From an uncultured virus (IMG/VR IMGVR_UViG_3300008952_002242) (taxonomy: Duplodnaviria > Heunggongvirae > Uroviricota > Caudoviricetes): 64,000 nt of DNA. Position 1 is the first letter of the stretch, and each line of letters opens with the position of its first letter. A program made the position numbers and the translations under genes. The stretch is from IMG/VR virus record IMGVR_UViG_3300008952_002242, positions 1 to 64,000 of that record; one strand, given 5' to 3'. The notes beneath the pieces are model-generated. The model was not told the origin of the DNA. It saw only the letters and a program-made list of their open reading frames with translations, and did no database searches. Shown here one piece after another: positions 45,298 through 54,796 of this stretch.

Positions 45298-45465
45298 TCA
45301 TTTTGGACTCACTTCTTTCAATGTATCTGACCCCCAACCCATATGTTGAAGATATAATTTACCATCTTCTTCATTTTTTGCCCAAAATGAGTAACCTTCC
45401 GTTGAAGTGTACTTTTTATATCGATTCACTATATGGAATGGTTCTTTAGATTTATTTTTTTTCAT
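45298..45465 (-). CDS. small hypothetical protein (55 aa)
   Basis: Manual translation MKKNKSKEPFHIVNRYKKYTSTEGYSFWAKNEEDGKLYL...; GAGG RBS. Confidence 0.55.
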   Translation of the reverse strand: MKKNKSKEPFHIVNRYKKYTSTEGYSFWAKNEEDGKLYLQHMGWGSDTLKEVSPK

Positions 45466-45469
45466 AACT

Positions 45470-45676
45470 TTATACCTCAGCGTGTTTCATATAGTTTTTC
45501 AATATCCAATCACTATATATTTTATTTATCTGTTTATTTGATAATTTTCTTTTATTATATGCATCTTTTCTACTCATCATAGTCATCGGTGTATCGGATA
45601 AGTTGTGGTCTCTACCATACTCATCTACAAATATCTTCTCTTTTAACCATGTATCTTTATATTCTTTGAATGTCAT
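45470..45676 (-). CDS. hypothetical protein
   Basis: Coupled ORF. Confidence 0.6.
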   Translation of the reverse strand: MTFKEYKDTWLKEKIFVDEYGRDHNLSDTPMTMMSRKDAYNKRKLSNKQINKIYSDWILKNYMKHAEV

Positions 45677-45882
45677 ACTGTAATCTCAATTCCGTTTTTC
45701 TGTTTTTCTGTTTCTGTCAATTTGTCTATCAACGGTTTATAGTATATTTTATCCCAACAATCTAAACATAATTGTCCACATCCTTCAATATAACCCATAC
45801 GGAAGTCAATATGTTCATCTACTCTATATTGTGTATCCACTCCACATACTACACATTTATCTAATTTGCTATTCTTTTTCAT
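45673..45882 (-). CDS. zinc-finger-like small protein
   Basis: CVVCG...YIEGCGQLCLDC. Confidence 0.65.
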   Translation of the reverse strand: MKKNSKLDKCVVCGVDTQYRVDEHIDFRMGYIEGCGQLCLDCWDKIYYKPLIDKLTETEKQKNGIEITV

Positions 45883-46915
45883 TATCCTTCTCCACCATTT
45901 TTATCTAAATTCCAATTAGCTTTCTCATCTCTAATATATAATTTATGTCCTTTAGTTACCCACCACCAATGATTCCTACTATCATATCCCATCTTATTAA
46001 TCTTCATATTTTTCTTCTTTATCTTTTTAATAACCTTCATTTTTTCTCCTTGCTTCATTTAGGATACTTTTCACTTTCTATACCAATCAGATATCCAAAT
46101 AGTAAACAAAGTATAAATAGTATTGCTAACATAACCATTATGCTACTGATCCATTCCTTCGATAATCTCTATTATCTCATTATCTTTGGGAAATCTATTT
46201 AAATTCTTCTTACTAAAAATCAATTGATCGTTTAACTTCACTTCAAATACTCCGCCGACACTTTCTATCATTTCAAATCTAAATATATCGAACTTACTCT
46301 TTAACTCTTCCCTTAAACTAAGGGCTCTTGGTTTGTAATTTCATTCCCCACAATATTCAATATGAATATTCATCTATCTATACACTCCATAAATCGTTTC
46401 CAAATTCTTTTCAATATATATGGTTTACCTATATTACGACACCACATTAGTATCATCTCTTCTCTTAATTTTGCCTCTTCAACTTCACTCATTTTAAGTC
46501 ATTCAATCCATCAAACATTTTTCTCAAATTAATCTTTTGATTTCTTCTTTCTTTCTCTTTATCCAACTTACTCTTTATAATCATTTTTGGTTTTATAGGA
46601 TGAGTATGACTTTGGAGAGTTTTTTTAAATTTTAATTTGTCTTTTAAGTTCTTCATATTCTTTTTTTAACCCTGTTAACACCCAACCATCCAAATGTCCC
46701 TCGGCAGTTAATTCATTTCTTAAATATCTCATTCTTTCCTTTATTTTCTTTCCCTTTAACTCCAACGACATACCTTCAATCCAATTCATTGGTTTCTTCA
46801 TTTTAATCTATTGTTCCACCAATGATTTATCAATTCAATCAACCCCATCAGAATCAACACCCCAACTATGGTGTGCCAATGTGTATAATTTGGAATTATC
46901 AATATATTGAGTATT
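45882..46915 (-). other. run of very small (<60 aa) ORFs on the - strand
   Basis: Example MKINKMGYDSRNHWWWVTKGHKLYIRDEKANWNLDKNGGEG ending at 45882; the others were not delimited individually. Confidence 0.45.
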
Positions 46916-47125
46916 TCATTCATACTTTAATTCATATCCTGATAACTCATCATCTTCATGAGCTTGTGATATATTGGTTAGTTGTTTGATAATTTGACTT
47001 TCCGTTAAATCCGGATGAATACTTTGTGTATCCTGTGCTATGTCAATACATTTAACCAAAAAGTCAACCTGTTTATCATCCATCTTAACTATATGGGTTT
47101 GTTTATCTTTCATCATCTTGTCCAT
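46916..47125 (-). CDS. hypothetical protein
   Basis: ORF. Confidence 0.5.
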   Translation of the reverse strand: MDKMMKDKQTHIVKMDDKQVDFLVKCIDIAQDTQSIHPDLTESQIIKQLTNISQAHEDDELSGYELKYE

Positions 47126-47360
47126 TATATAGGGTTAATCCGCATCTATCTAAAATTTCATTCAAATTGCTTGATGTTTTCATCTCTTCACTTTCTACTA
47201 ATCTTTCCACCAATGGTAATAAAAACTTTTCATTTATTTCGGGCCTCTCTTCAATTAAACCCATAATAACAATTAATAGTTGATTCATTGTACTCCCATT
47301 TACCAAATAATGATTTTCATTTGGAAATGAATGTTCATCGTAAAACTCATTACTAAACAT
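47103..47360 (-). CDS. hypothetical protein
   Basis: ORF. Confidence 0.55.
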   Translation of the reverse strand: MFSNEFYDEHSFPNENHYLVNGSTMNQLLIVIMGLIEERPEINEKFLLPLVERLVESEEMKTSSNLNEILDRCGLTLYNGQDDER

Positions 47361-47373
47361 TTTATTTCATTCG

Positions 47374-47655
47374 TTAAGCTTGCCCAATCTTATCATTCAT
47401 CAAATCATCCATAATTTGTTTCATCATATGAATTTCTTTAATTTCCTCAAAACTCAATGCTTCCAATTCTTCTTCATTATGTTCAAACAACTGAGCTCTA
47501 CTGATAACATCCACTAAATCTTCCGTAATACATTCTAATGAATCTTTTGTTCTTTCATCAATAGTAGGATCCTCTACAATCAATTCTATCAATCTATCTA
47601 CCACGGTAGCTAATCTAATAGTGTTTATTTTTGGATTTGTTAGTGTATTTTCCAT
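47374..47655 (-). CDS. acidic hypothetical protein
   Basis: ATATTTAT motif immediately upstream. Confidence 0.6.
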   Translation of the reverse strand: MENTLTNPKINTIRLATVVDRLIELIVEDPTIDERTKDSLECITEDLVDVISRAQLFEHNEEELEALSFEEIKEIHMMKQIMDDLMNDKIGQA

Positions 47656-47732
47656 TTCAATAATAAATATCTTCCCATTTAAGTTAACGATTTAATATAT
47701 ATAGTGCCCCAACAAATTTTGGCTCCACTCTC

Positions 47733-48155
47733 TCATTTGAAACACGCCTCATACACCTTCGGTTTATTTTTTTTAATCCAACCTTGATGAGTCAATGTCC
47801 ATTTATTATACATCCGTGGAATGTCAGTCTTTTTATCTCCGTCACGCCACTCCCAACCTTTTTTATTCCAATGGTGTGACCATATCAATTTATTCTCCAT
47901 ATGTATAGACTTAGCATGACAATCCGGACCTTTATATGTTTTCAATATAGTCATCTTAATAGTGCCGAAGCACTTATGTTTTAACAGCTGTTGGTGTCGT
48001 TTCAATCTCTGTTGTGGTTTATAACTTTCTCCAAAATAATAATATTTACGACCTTTCCAATCATCCCAATCCAATCGATAAACATAGTTAGTTCCCACCG
48101 GTGGCCAATTTTTCGTTACCTTACCTGCTACTTTTTCCATTCGTTGTATAATCAT
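47733..48155 (-). CDS. GIY-YIG family nuclease
   Basis: YVYRL...YYFGESYKPQQRLKRH...E...YN. Confidence 0.65.
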   Translation of the reverse strand: MIIQRMEKVAGKVTKNWPPVGTNYVYRLDWDDWKGRKYYYFGESYKPQQRLKRHQQLLKHKCFGTIKMTILKTYKGPDCHAKSIHMENKLIWSHHWNKKGWEWRDGDKKTDIPRMYNKWTLTHQGWIKKNKPKVYEACFK

Positions 48156-48164
48156 TTAATTACC

Positions 48165-48347
48165 TCATTTTATCCTTTTCCACCAATGTAATTTGCCATT
48201 AGAATCTTCAAATGCTTCCCAGCTACAATCTTTCCATATACATTTCCATTGATGTCTATCAGTATATTTTTCAAATGGTTTCATAGTCCAACCACAATGA
48301 CATTCTGGACTATGTTTATACCATTTTTTAACTAACCACTTTATCAA
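48165..48347 (-). CDS. small Cys/Trp-rich protein
   Basis: CHCG...CIWKDC. Confidence 0.5.
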   Translation of the reverse strand: MIKWLVKKWYKHSPECHCGWTMKPFEKYTDRHQWKCIWKDCSWEAFEDSNGKLHWWKRIK

Positions 48348-48426
48348 TATATTCTCACTAAAATAATCACAAACAATATAAAAATTATAATTCCCAACAC
48401 CTTACAACTAATTTCTTCAAACTGAC

Positions 48427-48762
48427 TCATATAGAAGACTTTTTCCCATCATAGCTATTCCACATTTGATTTGCAATTATCCGTTCTGATAATTTAGTTC
48501 CGTTCTTACCTCTTTCATGCAAATCATCTATCAAATCTTCAACCCATTTATAATCATTTTTAAATTTATCATCTTGTGAATAATAATATCCTCGTTCATT
48601 CATATCCCAAGCCCAATTCTCCATCTGCATTTGAAGTATCTTCAATTTACCTACATGTGTATGTCTCACTTGTGGTTTTCTTCTTGCTTTAAATTCGTCC
48701 GCAGACATTGGTGTTATATTAAATGTATCCCAAATTTGTTTTAATGGAACATGCCTCTTCAT
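48427..48762 (-). CDS. hypothetical protein
   Basis: Coupled to the VWA gene. Confidence 0.6.
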   Translation of the reverse strand: MKRHVPLKQIWDTFNITPMSADEFKARRKPQVRHTHVGKLKILQMQMENWAWDMNERGYYYSQDDKFKNDYKWVEDLIDDLHERGKNGTKLSERIIANQMWNSYDGKKSSI

Positions 48763-50711
48763 TTCGCCAGAAACATATTATTCATTGTTTTGGCTACTTC
48801 CATCATATTTTTAGTATTGATGAAAGCTGCATCCTTACCATACATCTTATTAAAAGTTGTTCTATCCGAATCACTATGGTAATTACCTTCACTAATGAAA
48901 TAACTTAATACTTTGATTCCATTATTACGAATCACTTTTAGCATTTTATTACAATGTCTAATCGCATCCCCACCAGAATAATGTACATCATCATTACCAA
49001 ACCAAGGTGCCCCATCTGAATAATTGATGAAGTAATTATCATCACTATTCGAAAGACTTAAGAAATGTTTCATCATAGCTTCATAACAAAGTGACTCAGG
49101 AGTTGTTCCACAAACCCTAAGTGATGGCCACAATTTCTTTATTTTACTTATCTTATCTTTATTAGAATCATAACCAATCAACAAAACAGGATGTCTATCA
49201 TCTGTATATCTGAAACTAACAACAACTCTAATATTTCCAGCCATTTCAGCAGCCTTTACAATAGCTACCGTAGAAGTGATAGCATCAGTCCACTTCTGAC
49301 CACTCATTGAACCAGACCCATCAATACTAATATGAAGATTAGCTTTATTATATCTTTCCGTAAAAGTCTGTGAAAATACTCTTTCATTATCAAAACCCAA
49401 CTCAGAGATAAGTCTTTTATCAATCCTTCCTGTATCCTGCCGAGTGAAAATCAAATCTCTTTCTTCCCCACGAACTTTAAGTTTTTTACCCAAAACAGTT
49501 CCTAATCGAAGACCTTCATAAATAGGTTTTCCATATCTACTCTCAGAAATACTCTCTTTATTGTACATCCAAGGTTTCTGACAAAAATCAAAAGCATTTG
49601 AATCAATCATATCTTGAGTATAATTAGGAATAACAACACATTTTGTTGTACCTAATGAACCCTTATCACCAACTTCAACTAACTCAGCACCACTCTTTGC
49701 CATCGAATTAACCATCTGAGCATCTTTTTTAGTAAGTTTACTTTTTGGTGCTTTTCCATCCAATAAATCTTTCATTTTTTCAATAGCCTTATGAAGTGAT
49801 TTTTTCTGAGCTTCATTAAGTTCTTCATATTCAATGGTTTCATCAGAAGAGTTTCCATCATCAGGAACCATTTCAGCATCACCAGTATCAACCTCAGTAC
49901 CATCACCACTACCTTTAGGAGAACCATCACCTTCTGGACTTTCTGACTCTTCTGAACCATCTTCTGGTAAACCGTTAGAATTTCCTTCACCTTTAGGAAT
50001 CATTGGAAAAACCAAACTACATATATCAAGAGCAAGATTAACAACATCTTGTTTACCATCTAATCTCGATATATTTCTCAAATCAATCATATTGTAGATT
50101 TCACGAAGTTTTGGTAGTGCATCTAAATCTGATTCCTTTACCATAAAACCTAAGATACGAAATTCATAACTTTCGATATCCAACTCACGAAACTCACCTG
50201 ATTTCAACCCTTTTTTAATCGCATTATTTTGAAAATACTTTTTATAAAGACTATGGTAGTAACCTTTATATCCAGGAGAAGATTTAAATACCTTAGTATC
50301 AATTCTTCTATCTTCAACAAAATTAATCATATTTTTGAAAAATGATGCTTCTTCATAACTCCAACTATCAGGAACTCCTCTGATTGCATCCTTCAAAACC
50401 TCAAAATCACTAAAAGCAATATGACTACCTTCATGAAGTGCAAGACCAACAATGTGGTCGAAACTCTTCTCATTCACATTACCTGAAATAGTAACATTTT
50501 TCCCATCTGTATAAGAATCTCCACGAGTTGTATAGTTGACAGGAATATTCTTACCACTTACGATACGAACAAAATTAGCGATAGCCCTTTGATTTGAAGC
50601 CATCTGAATATAATTCTTCTTTGGTTTTTCCTTTTCAATACCTAACAATTCATCAATGTCAGTATCTTTTTTATCAAACCAAAAAGAAGAATATGGGGAG
50701 TAATTTTTCAT
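48759..50711 (-). CDS. CobT-like protein: N-terminal metallopeptidase-like domain, acidic linker, C-terminal VWA domain
   Basis: LALHEGSHIAFS, NFVEDRRID, MIDAS DGSGSMS, GTTPE, YSDGAP; start moved to the ATG after the promoter cassette. Confidence 0.85.
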   Translation of the reverse strand: MKNYSPYSSFWFDKKDTDIDELLGIEKEKPKKNYIQMASNQRAIANFVRIVSGKNIPVNYTTRGDSYTDGKNVTISGNVNEKSFDHIVGLALHEGSHIAFSDFEVLKDAIRGVPDSWSYEEASFFKNMINFVEDRRIDTKVFKSSPGYKGYYHSLYKKYFQNNAIKKGLKSGEFRELDIESYEFRILGFMVKESDLDALPKLREIYNMIDLRNISRLDGKQDVVNLALDICSLVFPMIPKGEGNSNGLPEDGSEESESPEGDGSPKGSGDGTEVDTGDAEMVPDDGNSSDETIEYEELNEAQKKSLHKAIEKMKDLLDGKAPKSKLTKKDAQMVNSMAKSGAELVEVGDKGSLGTTKCVVIPNYTQDMIDSNAFDFCQKPWMYNKESISESRYGKPIYEGLRLGTVLGKKLKVRGEERDLIFTRQDTGRIDKRLISELGFDNERVFSQTFTERYNKANLHISIDGSGSMSGQKWTDAITSTVAIVKAAEMAGNIRVVVSFRYTDDRHPVLLIGYDSNKDKISKIKKLWPSLRVCGTTPESLCYEAMMKHFLSLSNSDDNYFINYSDGAPWFGNDDVHYSGGDAIRHCNKMLKVIRNNGIKVLSYFISEGNYHSDSDRTTFNKMYGKDAAFINTKNMMEVAKTMNNMFLAK

Positions 50712-50717
50712 TTGATT

Positions 50718-50792
50718 GTTTTTCCTCTTTTTTTCATATATGAAGATACAAAAGAAATGCAATACGAGTCAAGCTTTATTTTCACTTTTTTA
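50718..50792 (-). repeat. 75-bp perfect direct repeat, copy 1 (promoter + RBS cassette)
   Basis: Identical to 50987..51061; core also present at about 38554-38597. Confidence 0.9.
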
Positions 50793-50985
50793 TGCATTTA
50801 TTATATCTTTCAACTACTTCTGATGGTATTTTACCATTTGGATATCCCTTACCACAGGTTATCATTCTTACATAAGCATCTAAAGATATGTTATTTGCAT
50901 ATTTATAAGGATAAGGAGTGGGAGTTGAGTTAAACACATCGTGCCATTCAGAGGGTAAATCAAATATATCCATTTGCCTTTCCAT
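50782..50985 (-). CDS. small early protein between the 75-bp repeats
   Basis: MERQMDIFDLPSEWHDVF... following the AGAGG RBS in the repeat. Confidence 0.6.
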   Translation of the reverse strand: MERQMDIFDLPSEWHDVFNSTPTPYPYKYANNISLDAYVRMITCGKGYPNGKIPSEVVERYNKCIKK

Positions 50986-50986
50986 C

Positions 50987-51061
50987 GTTTTTCCTCTTTT
51001 TTTCATATATGAAGATACAAAAGAAATGCAATACGAGTCAAGCTTTATTTTCACTTTTTTA
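50987..51061 (-). repeat. 75-bp perfect direct repeat, copy 2
   Basis: Identical to 50718..50792. Confidence 0.9.
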
Positions 51062-51347
51062 ACATATCTTTAATAAATGTTCGTTTTGGTATATATACTT
51101 GACTATAAAACCTATACAACTCATTACACATTTTCATTTCATCATTATTTAATCTTGATGGGTGTGGCATATCATCATTTAAATCCATCTCTAACTTATT
51201 AACATATTTAAAATCATCTTTCCATTCCATATCATCTTTACGATTTGGTATTTGGAATTTCCCTTTATTCTTACGAATCTTATTTTCCTCCGCCCAATGA
51301 ATCATAGTGTGTTGTAAATGTCTTAATTTTTTTAAATATTTATTCAT
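51051..51347 (-). CDS. hypothetical protein
   Basis: ORF; weakly similar to 48427..48762. Confidence 0.6.
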   Translation of the reverse strand: MNKYLKKLRHLQHTMIHWAEENKIRKNKGKFQIPNRKDDMEWKDDFKYVNKLEMDLNDDMPHPSRLNNDEMKMCNELYRFYSQVYIPKRTFIKDMLKK

Positions 51348-51606
51348 ATGCTCTATATTCCGATCTTAAGATACTTACATACTTCATTAACCTACCACAT
51401 TTCTTACAACACACAATTTCAATAGATTCTGTTCCTGAAGATTGTGATAGACTCTTCTCACAATACGCTTCCATCAATTCCCAATCTTCTGGATTCTTCT
51501 TATTTAAAATATCCCTATCACGAGACTGATTACAACACTTTGTCATCTGTGCCCCCGCTTTCTTCCCTGTATGCTTCTCCTTAAAGTATGCTCTATCCAT
51601 CTTCAT
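51340..51606 (-). CDS. Cys-rich hypothetical protein
   Basis: KCC...CCKKCG. Confidence 0.55.
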   Translation of the reverse strand: MKMDRAYFKEKHTGKKAGAQMTKCCNQSRDRDILNKKNPEDWELMEAYCEKSLSQSSGTESIEIVCCKKCGRLMKYVSILRSEYRAYE

Positions 51607-51609
51607 ATG

Positions 51610-51834
51610 TTACCTATCCTTTCTATATCTTTCTCTATTTTCCATTGGAATTCTATTCCAATACAATCCTTTATAATACCAATCGTTGTTACATTCTGGA
51701 TGAACCTTACCATCACACATACATATTAATGCTACAGCGTTGGTATCCGGCGCTGATACTTCCGCTGTGTTATCGCAGTTATCACAACTCCACAGTATAT
51801 TTCCATTAGGTAGTTTTGGATAGAATATTATCAT
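51610..51834 (-). CDS. zinc-binding small protein
   Basis: CDNC...CMC. Confidence 0.5.
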   Translation of the reverse strand: MIIFYPKLPNGNILWSCDNCDNTAEVSAPDTNAVALICMCDGKVHPECNNDWYYKGLYWNRIPMENRERYRKDR

Positions 51835-51988
51835 TTATTCTATTTAAATATCTAATGTCATTCTCTATTAATGGTATACCTTTTACTATCTTAACTGCTA
51901 ATCTCTCACATTCCATTCGTACACCAGCATCATATGAGTTTCTACCCAACTTATAAATCTCTTCCCATGTCCATTTAATCTTCTTCAT
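51806..51988 (-). CDS. hypothetical protein
   Basis: ORF. Confidence 0.5.
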   Translation of the reverse strand: MKKIKWTWEEIYKLGRNSYDAGVRMECERLAVKIVKGIPLIENDIRYLNRINDNILSKTT

Positions 51989-52184
51989 CTTTAATCCAAA
52001 TATTTCTCTGAAATGTTTCCGACCATTCTGAATGTCCGCAACAATCTTTTGTCTTAAATTGTTGTATCCAAAACTCCAACTCAGATTCGGTTGGAACTTT
52101 AATCAAATGAAATATAGTATTTACTTGGTCTTGTGTTTCCATCCGTTTCCGTAAATACTTGGCTAACTCTTTGTTGTGTACCAC
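51975..52184 (-). CDS. hypothetical protein
   Basis: ORF with GTG start. Confidence 0.5.
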   Translation of the reverse strand: MVHNKELAKYLRKRMETQDQVNTIFHLIKVPTESELEFWIQQFKTKDCCGHSEWSETFQRNIWIKDEED

Positions 52185-52667
52185 TTACAGCCTAGGCTCA
52201 TTAGCAATCCGCCTATTCTTCATATCATTATGAACAGCATCTACATAATCTTTTGCTTCTTTCAACCCAACCTTTTCATCAAAATGTGTTGTCATCACTT
52301 CTCTATAATATTTAATGGCATTTATTTTTTGAACATCTGGTTCAGATAAAAACTCTTCTACTGTTTCATGTACCTCTAATAAATCTAAATCTTTAATTTC
52401 ACCATTTTTAACTTTATTTCTAATCTTCCATATTTTATTTGCCCTTTTCATAATATCAATCATCAATTTTCTTTCGCTATCCACATCCAGAGCTTTCCTA
52501 CCAGTATGTATCTCTCTTACTTCATCTATCATCTCCTCAACATTTACATATTGATTACTAAATAAATGAGAATCTGTAGGATTATCCCTCTCTGTTTCTA
52601 CACACAAATCACGCAATCTACCCAATCGTAACAATATAGATTCTCTATCAGGAACTAAAACATCCAT
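52185..52667 (-). CDS. protein with C-terminal ribosomal L7/L12-CTD-like domain
   Basis: KINAIKYYRE...VGLKEAKDYVD resembles the bL12 motif KIxxIKxVRxxxGLGLKEAKxxVE. Confidence 0.6.
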   Translation of the reverse strand: MDVLVPDRESILLRLGRLRDLCVETERDNPTDSHLFSNQYVNVEEMIDEVREIHTGRKALDVDSERKLMIDIMKRANKIWKIRNKVKNGEIKDLDLLEVHETVEEFLSEPDVQKINAIKYYREVMTTHFDEKVGLKEAKDYVDAVHNDMKNRRIANEPRL

Positions 52668-52695
52668 AAAAATCCTAAATACAAATATATTTTTG

Positions 52696-52766
52696 AGCGG
52701 ATGGTCGGAATCGGACCGACATCACCAGCTTGGAAGGCTGGGGTAATACCATTATACAACACCCGC
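52696..52766 (-). tRNA. tRNA-Gly(TCC)
   Basis: GCGGGTG...CCAGC-CTTCCAA-GCTGG...GTCGG-TCCGATT-CCGAC-CATCCGC-T; T-loop TCC instead of TTC; no CCA. Confidence 0.88.
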
Positions 52767-52770
52767 ATAT

Positions 52771-53226
52771 TTAAAAGTCTCCCGGAGCTACCTGAAATAC
52801 CGTAAGTCCCAGATTTCTCCACATATCAACCACTTTCTGTCTATCATCTACCACTAAAAATACATCATCAATATCTGCATGAGTATCCAACATATCTCTT
52901 TTCAATATTTCATCAGGAATAAAGTTCATTGTTTTATGTGGTCTCATCACCAACTTATGAAATGGTACTTTATTATGAGTTAACCAAGACTTAGTAGTAA
53001 ACATAGTTTTATCTGAACGACCTGAAAATATAAAGATATTAAAACCATCTTCCGCAAACATCTGTGCCATTTTAATCACAGGCTCATTTGGTTCATCCAA
53101 ATGTATGTTAGACGGATCGTGTAATATCTTAAAATCAATCTTACCATTAAATTTACGAGACAACTCACGTCTTTTATCTATGATGGCAAGTGTACCATCC
53201 AAATCGAATATAACTGTATTTTTCAT
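52771..53226 (-). CDS. HAD-family 3'-phosphatase (T4 PseT C-terminal domain-like)
   Basis: IFDLDGTLA, FSGR, LVMRP, VDDRQKVVDMWRNLGLTVFQVAPGDF. Confidence 0.88.
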   Translation of the reverse strand: MKNTVIFDLDGTLAIIDKRRELSRKFNGKIDFKILHDPSNIHLDEPNEPVIKMAQMFAEDGFNIFIFSGRSDKTMFTTKSWLTHNKVPFHKLVMRPHKTMNFIPDEILKRDMLDTHADIDDVFLVVDDRQKVVDMWRNLGLTVFQVAPGDF

Positions 53227-53287
53227 TATTAACTCATTTTCATAAACTTAACAACAAAACACCATACAAGTCAAGATCTTTTTGAAA

Positions 53288-53659
53288 TCACTTCCAACTT
53301 TTTTTATTTTTCTTTACTATATACGAATAACCCCATTCACCGTACTTATCCTTTTTATAAACCGCTCTAATATCTTCCCACTCAAAATGAAATGCACAAT
53401 ATTGAGTAAGTTTCTTACTATCTCGTGGAAATATAAAACTATCAATGTTATCTTTGTATTTATGTAACTCACCTTTATGATCTTTTAAAGGAAAACTCGT
53501 TACCTTTGTGGGAACACGAACTACACCACTTACAGTATCACCTTTATATGTCAAATTACTAACACATCCATGAGCCAAAACCAAAAGAATTATCAGAGCT
53601 AACAATAAATAAAAAAAAGTTAAAACATCAACTATATTATTTTTGTTCATCCACATCAT
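53288..53659 (-). CDS. putative lipoprotein/membrane protein
   Basis: Hydrophobic stretch ending LAHG-C. Confidence 0.5.
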   Translation of the reverse strand: MMWMNKNNIVDVLTFFYLLLALIILLVLAHGCVSNLTYKGDTVSGVVRVPTKVTSFPLKDHKGELHKYKDNIDSFIFPRDSKKLTQYCAFHFEWEDIRAVYKKDKYGEWGYSYIVKKNKKSWK

Positions 53660-53918
53660 CCTCTTCAGTTTTTCTTTTTTTATTTGTCCAATGACCTTTA
53701 ATTAATTCTATATCACTATATGGATACCACAGCTTATCACCATCGTTGCCAGTCATAACATAATACATTTGAGCCTTATTGTTTCTTTCTTGCACAAAAC
53801 CGAATGTTTCTCTTCTCACCAACCCAAGATCAGTATATTGATTTATGTATATTTTACAAGGATTTCTTCTATCACCCCGTAAAATTGATTTTTTCTTTTT
53901 CTTATTAAAAAATGCCAC
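53637..53918 (-). CDS. hypothetical protein
   Basis: ORF. Confidence 0.55.
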   Translation of the reverse strand: MAFFNKKKKKSILRGDRRNPCKIYINQYTDLGLVRRETFGFVQERNNKAQMYYVMTGNDGDKLWYPYSDIELIKGHWTNKKRKTEEDDVDEQK

Positions 53919-53954
53919 AATATAACCCTTTACTTATTTTAAATAAAACTTTTA

Positions 53955-54206
53955 TTAAGAACCAATATAACTCCATACCCTATCAATCAATAAAGCAAAA
54001 AATCCAGCACCTAATACATTTCTCCACTTACCGGTATTCTCTCTAAATTGGGAATTCATTTTAGTCTCTGTCCATAATCCTTTGTGTGGATTGAATAAAT
54101 TCTCTTTAATGAACTTAATGTCTTGATGAATCTTATCTCTATCCTTATCGGCTTGGTCCATTCTTTCTAATATCACATTTAAATCTTTCTTATCTTGTCC
54201 GTTCAT
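53955..54206 (-). CDS. coiled-coil protein with C-terminal TM
   Basis: WRNVLGAGFFALLI; ATATTTAT motif upstream. Confidence 0.6.
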   Translation of the reverse strand: MNGQDKKDLNVILERMDQADKDRDKIHQDIKFIKENLFNPHKGLWTETKMNSQFRENTGKWRNVLGAGFFALLIDRVWSYIGS

Positions 54207-54271
54207 ATCAATAATAAATATAATATATTACATATACCATCATATTTTCCACCACGGAAAATACAAAACAA

Positions 54272-54796
54272 TTAAACTTTTTTTCCAAACTGAAACATTA
54301 TCATCTGTTCAAGTTGTGGTTTCTTTTCTTCAGAAGTATTATGCCATTGTAACACAAGAGATTTCATCATAGTATCAAGTTGTTCTTTTATCATTTGAAT
54401 CTGTACAGATAAATAAGATATTTCATCTATCTCTTCTTCAATATCAATATCATATTTCTGAGCCATATCAATTAAACCATCCAAATCATAGCTATCAACA
54501 TTATCCTTTAATTTTTGGAAATCTTTATGGTTCCCAGTCTTTTTATCAGGATGAACTTTTTGTGCTAACTTTTTATATATGACATCAACCTCTTCTTTCC
54601 TCTCCAATTTAGGTTTTTCAGATTTAGCTTTTTCTGCAGCCTGTCCTGTCATCACCGCATCTAACTTATCTCTAAAGTAATCATCAAAATTACCTCGTGC
54701 TGAATCAAAAATTGATTGTTGATATTCCAACTCTGCCTTTAAATATTTGTATTCAGCATTTAATTTTTTTTTCTCTAAATCCTTATCAATCATCAA
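54272..54796 (-). CDS. J-domain (DnaJ-like) protein
   Basis: YKKLAQKVHPDKKTG...FQKLK (HPD motif). Confidence 0.8.
   Translation of the reverse strand: MMIDKDLEKKKLNAEYKYLKAELEYQQSIFDSARGNFDDYFRDKLDAVMTGQAAEKAKSEKPKLERKEEVDVIYKKLAQKVHPDKKTGNHKDFQKLKDNVDSYDLDGLIDMAQKYDIDIEEEIDEISYLSVQIQMIKEQLDTMMKSLVLQWHNTSEEKKPQLEQMIMFQFGKKV

Noticed and set aside
43398..50711. Cobalamin-biosynthesis auxiliary genes (cobS/cobT)
   Set aside because: No CobN or other cob genes; the motifs support only a generic MoxR-VWA pair.
33395..53282. CRISPR array or insertion-sequence ends for the recurring AGTCAAG repeats
   Set aside because: Irregular kb-scale spacing, clear -35/-10 promoter anatomy, and no cas or transposase genes.
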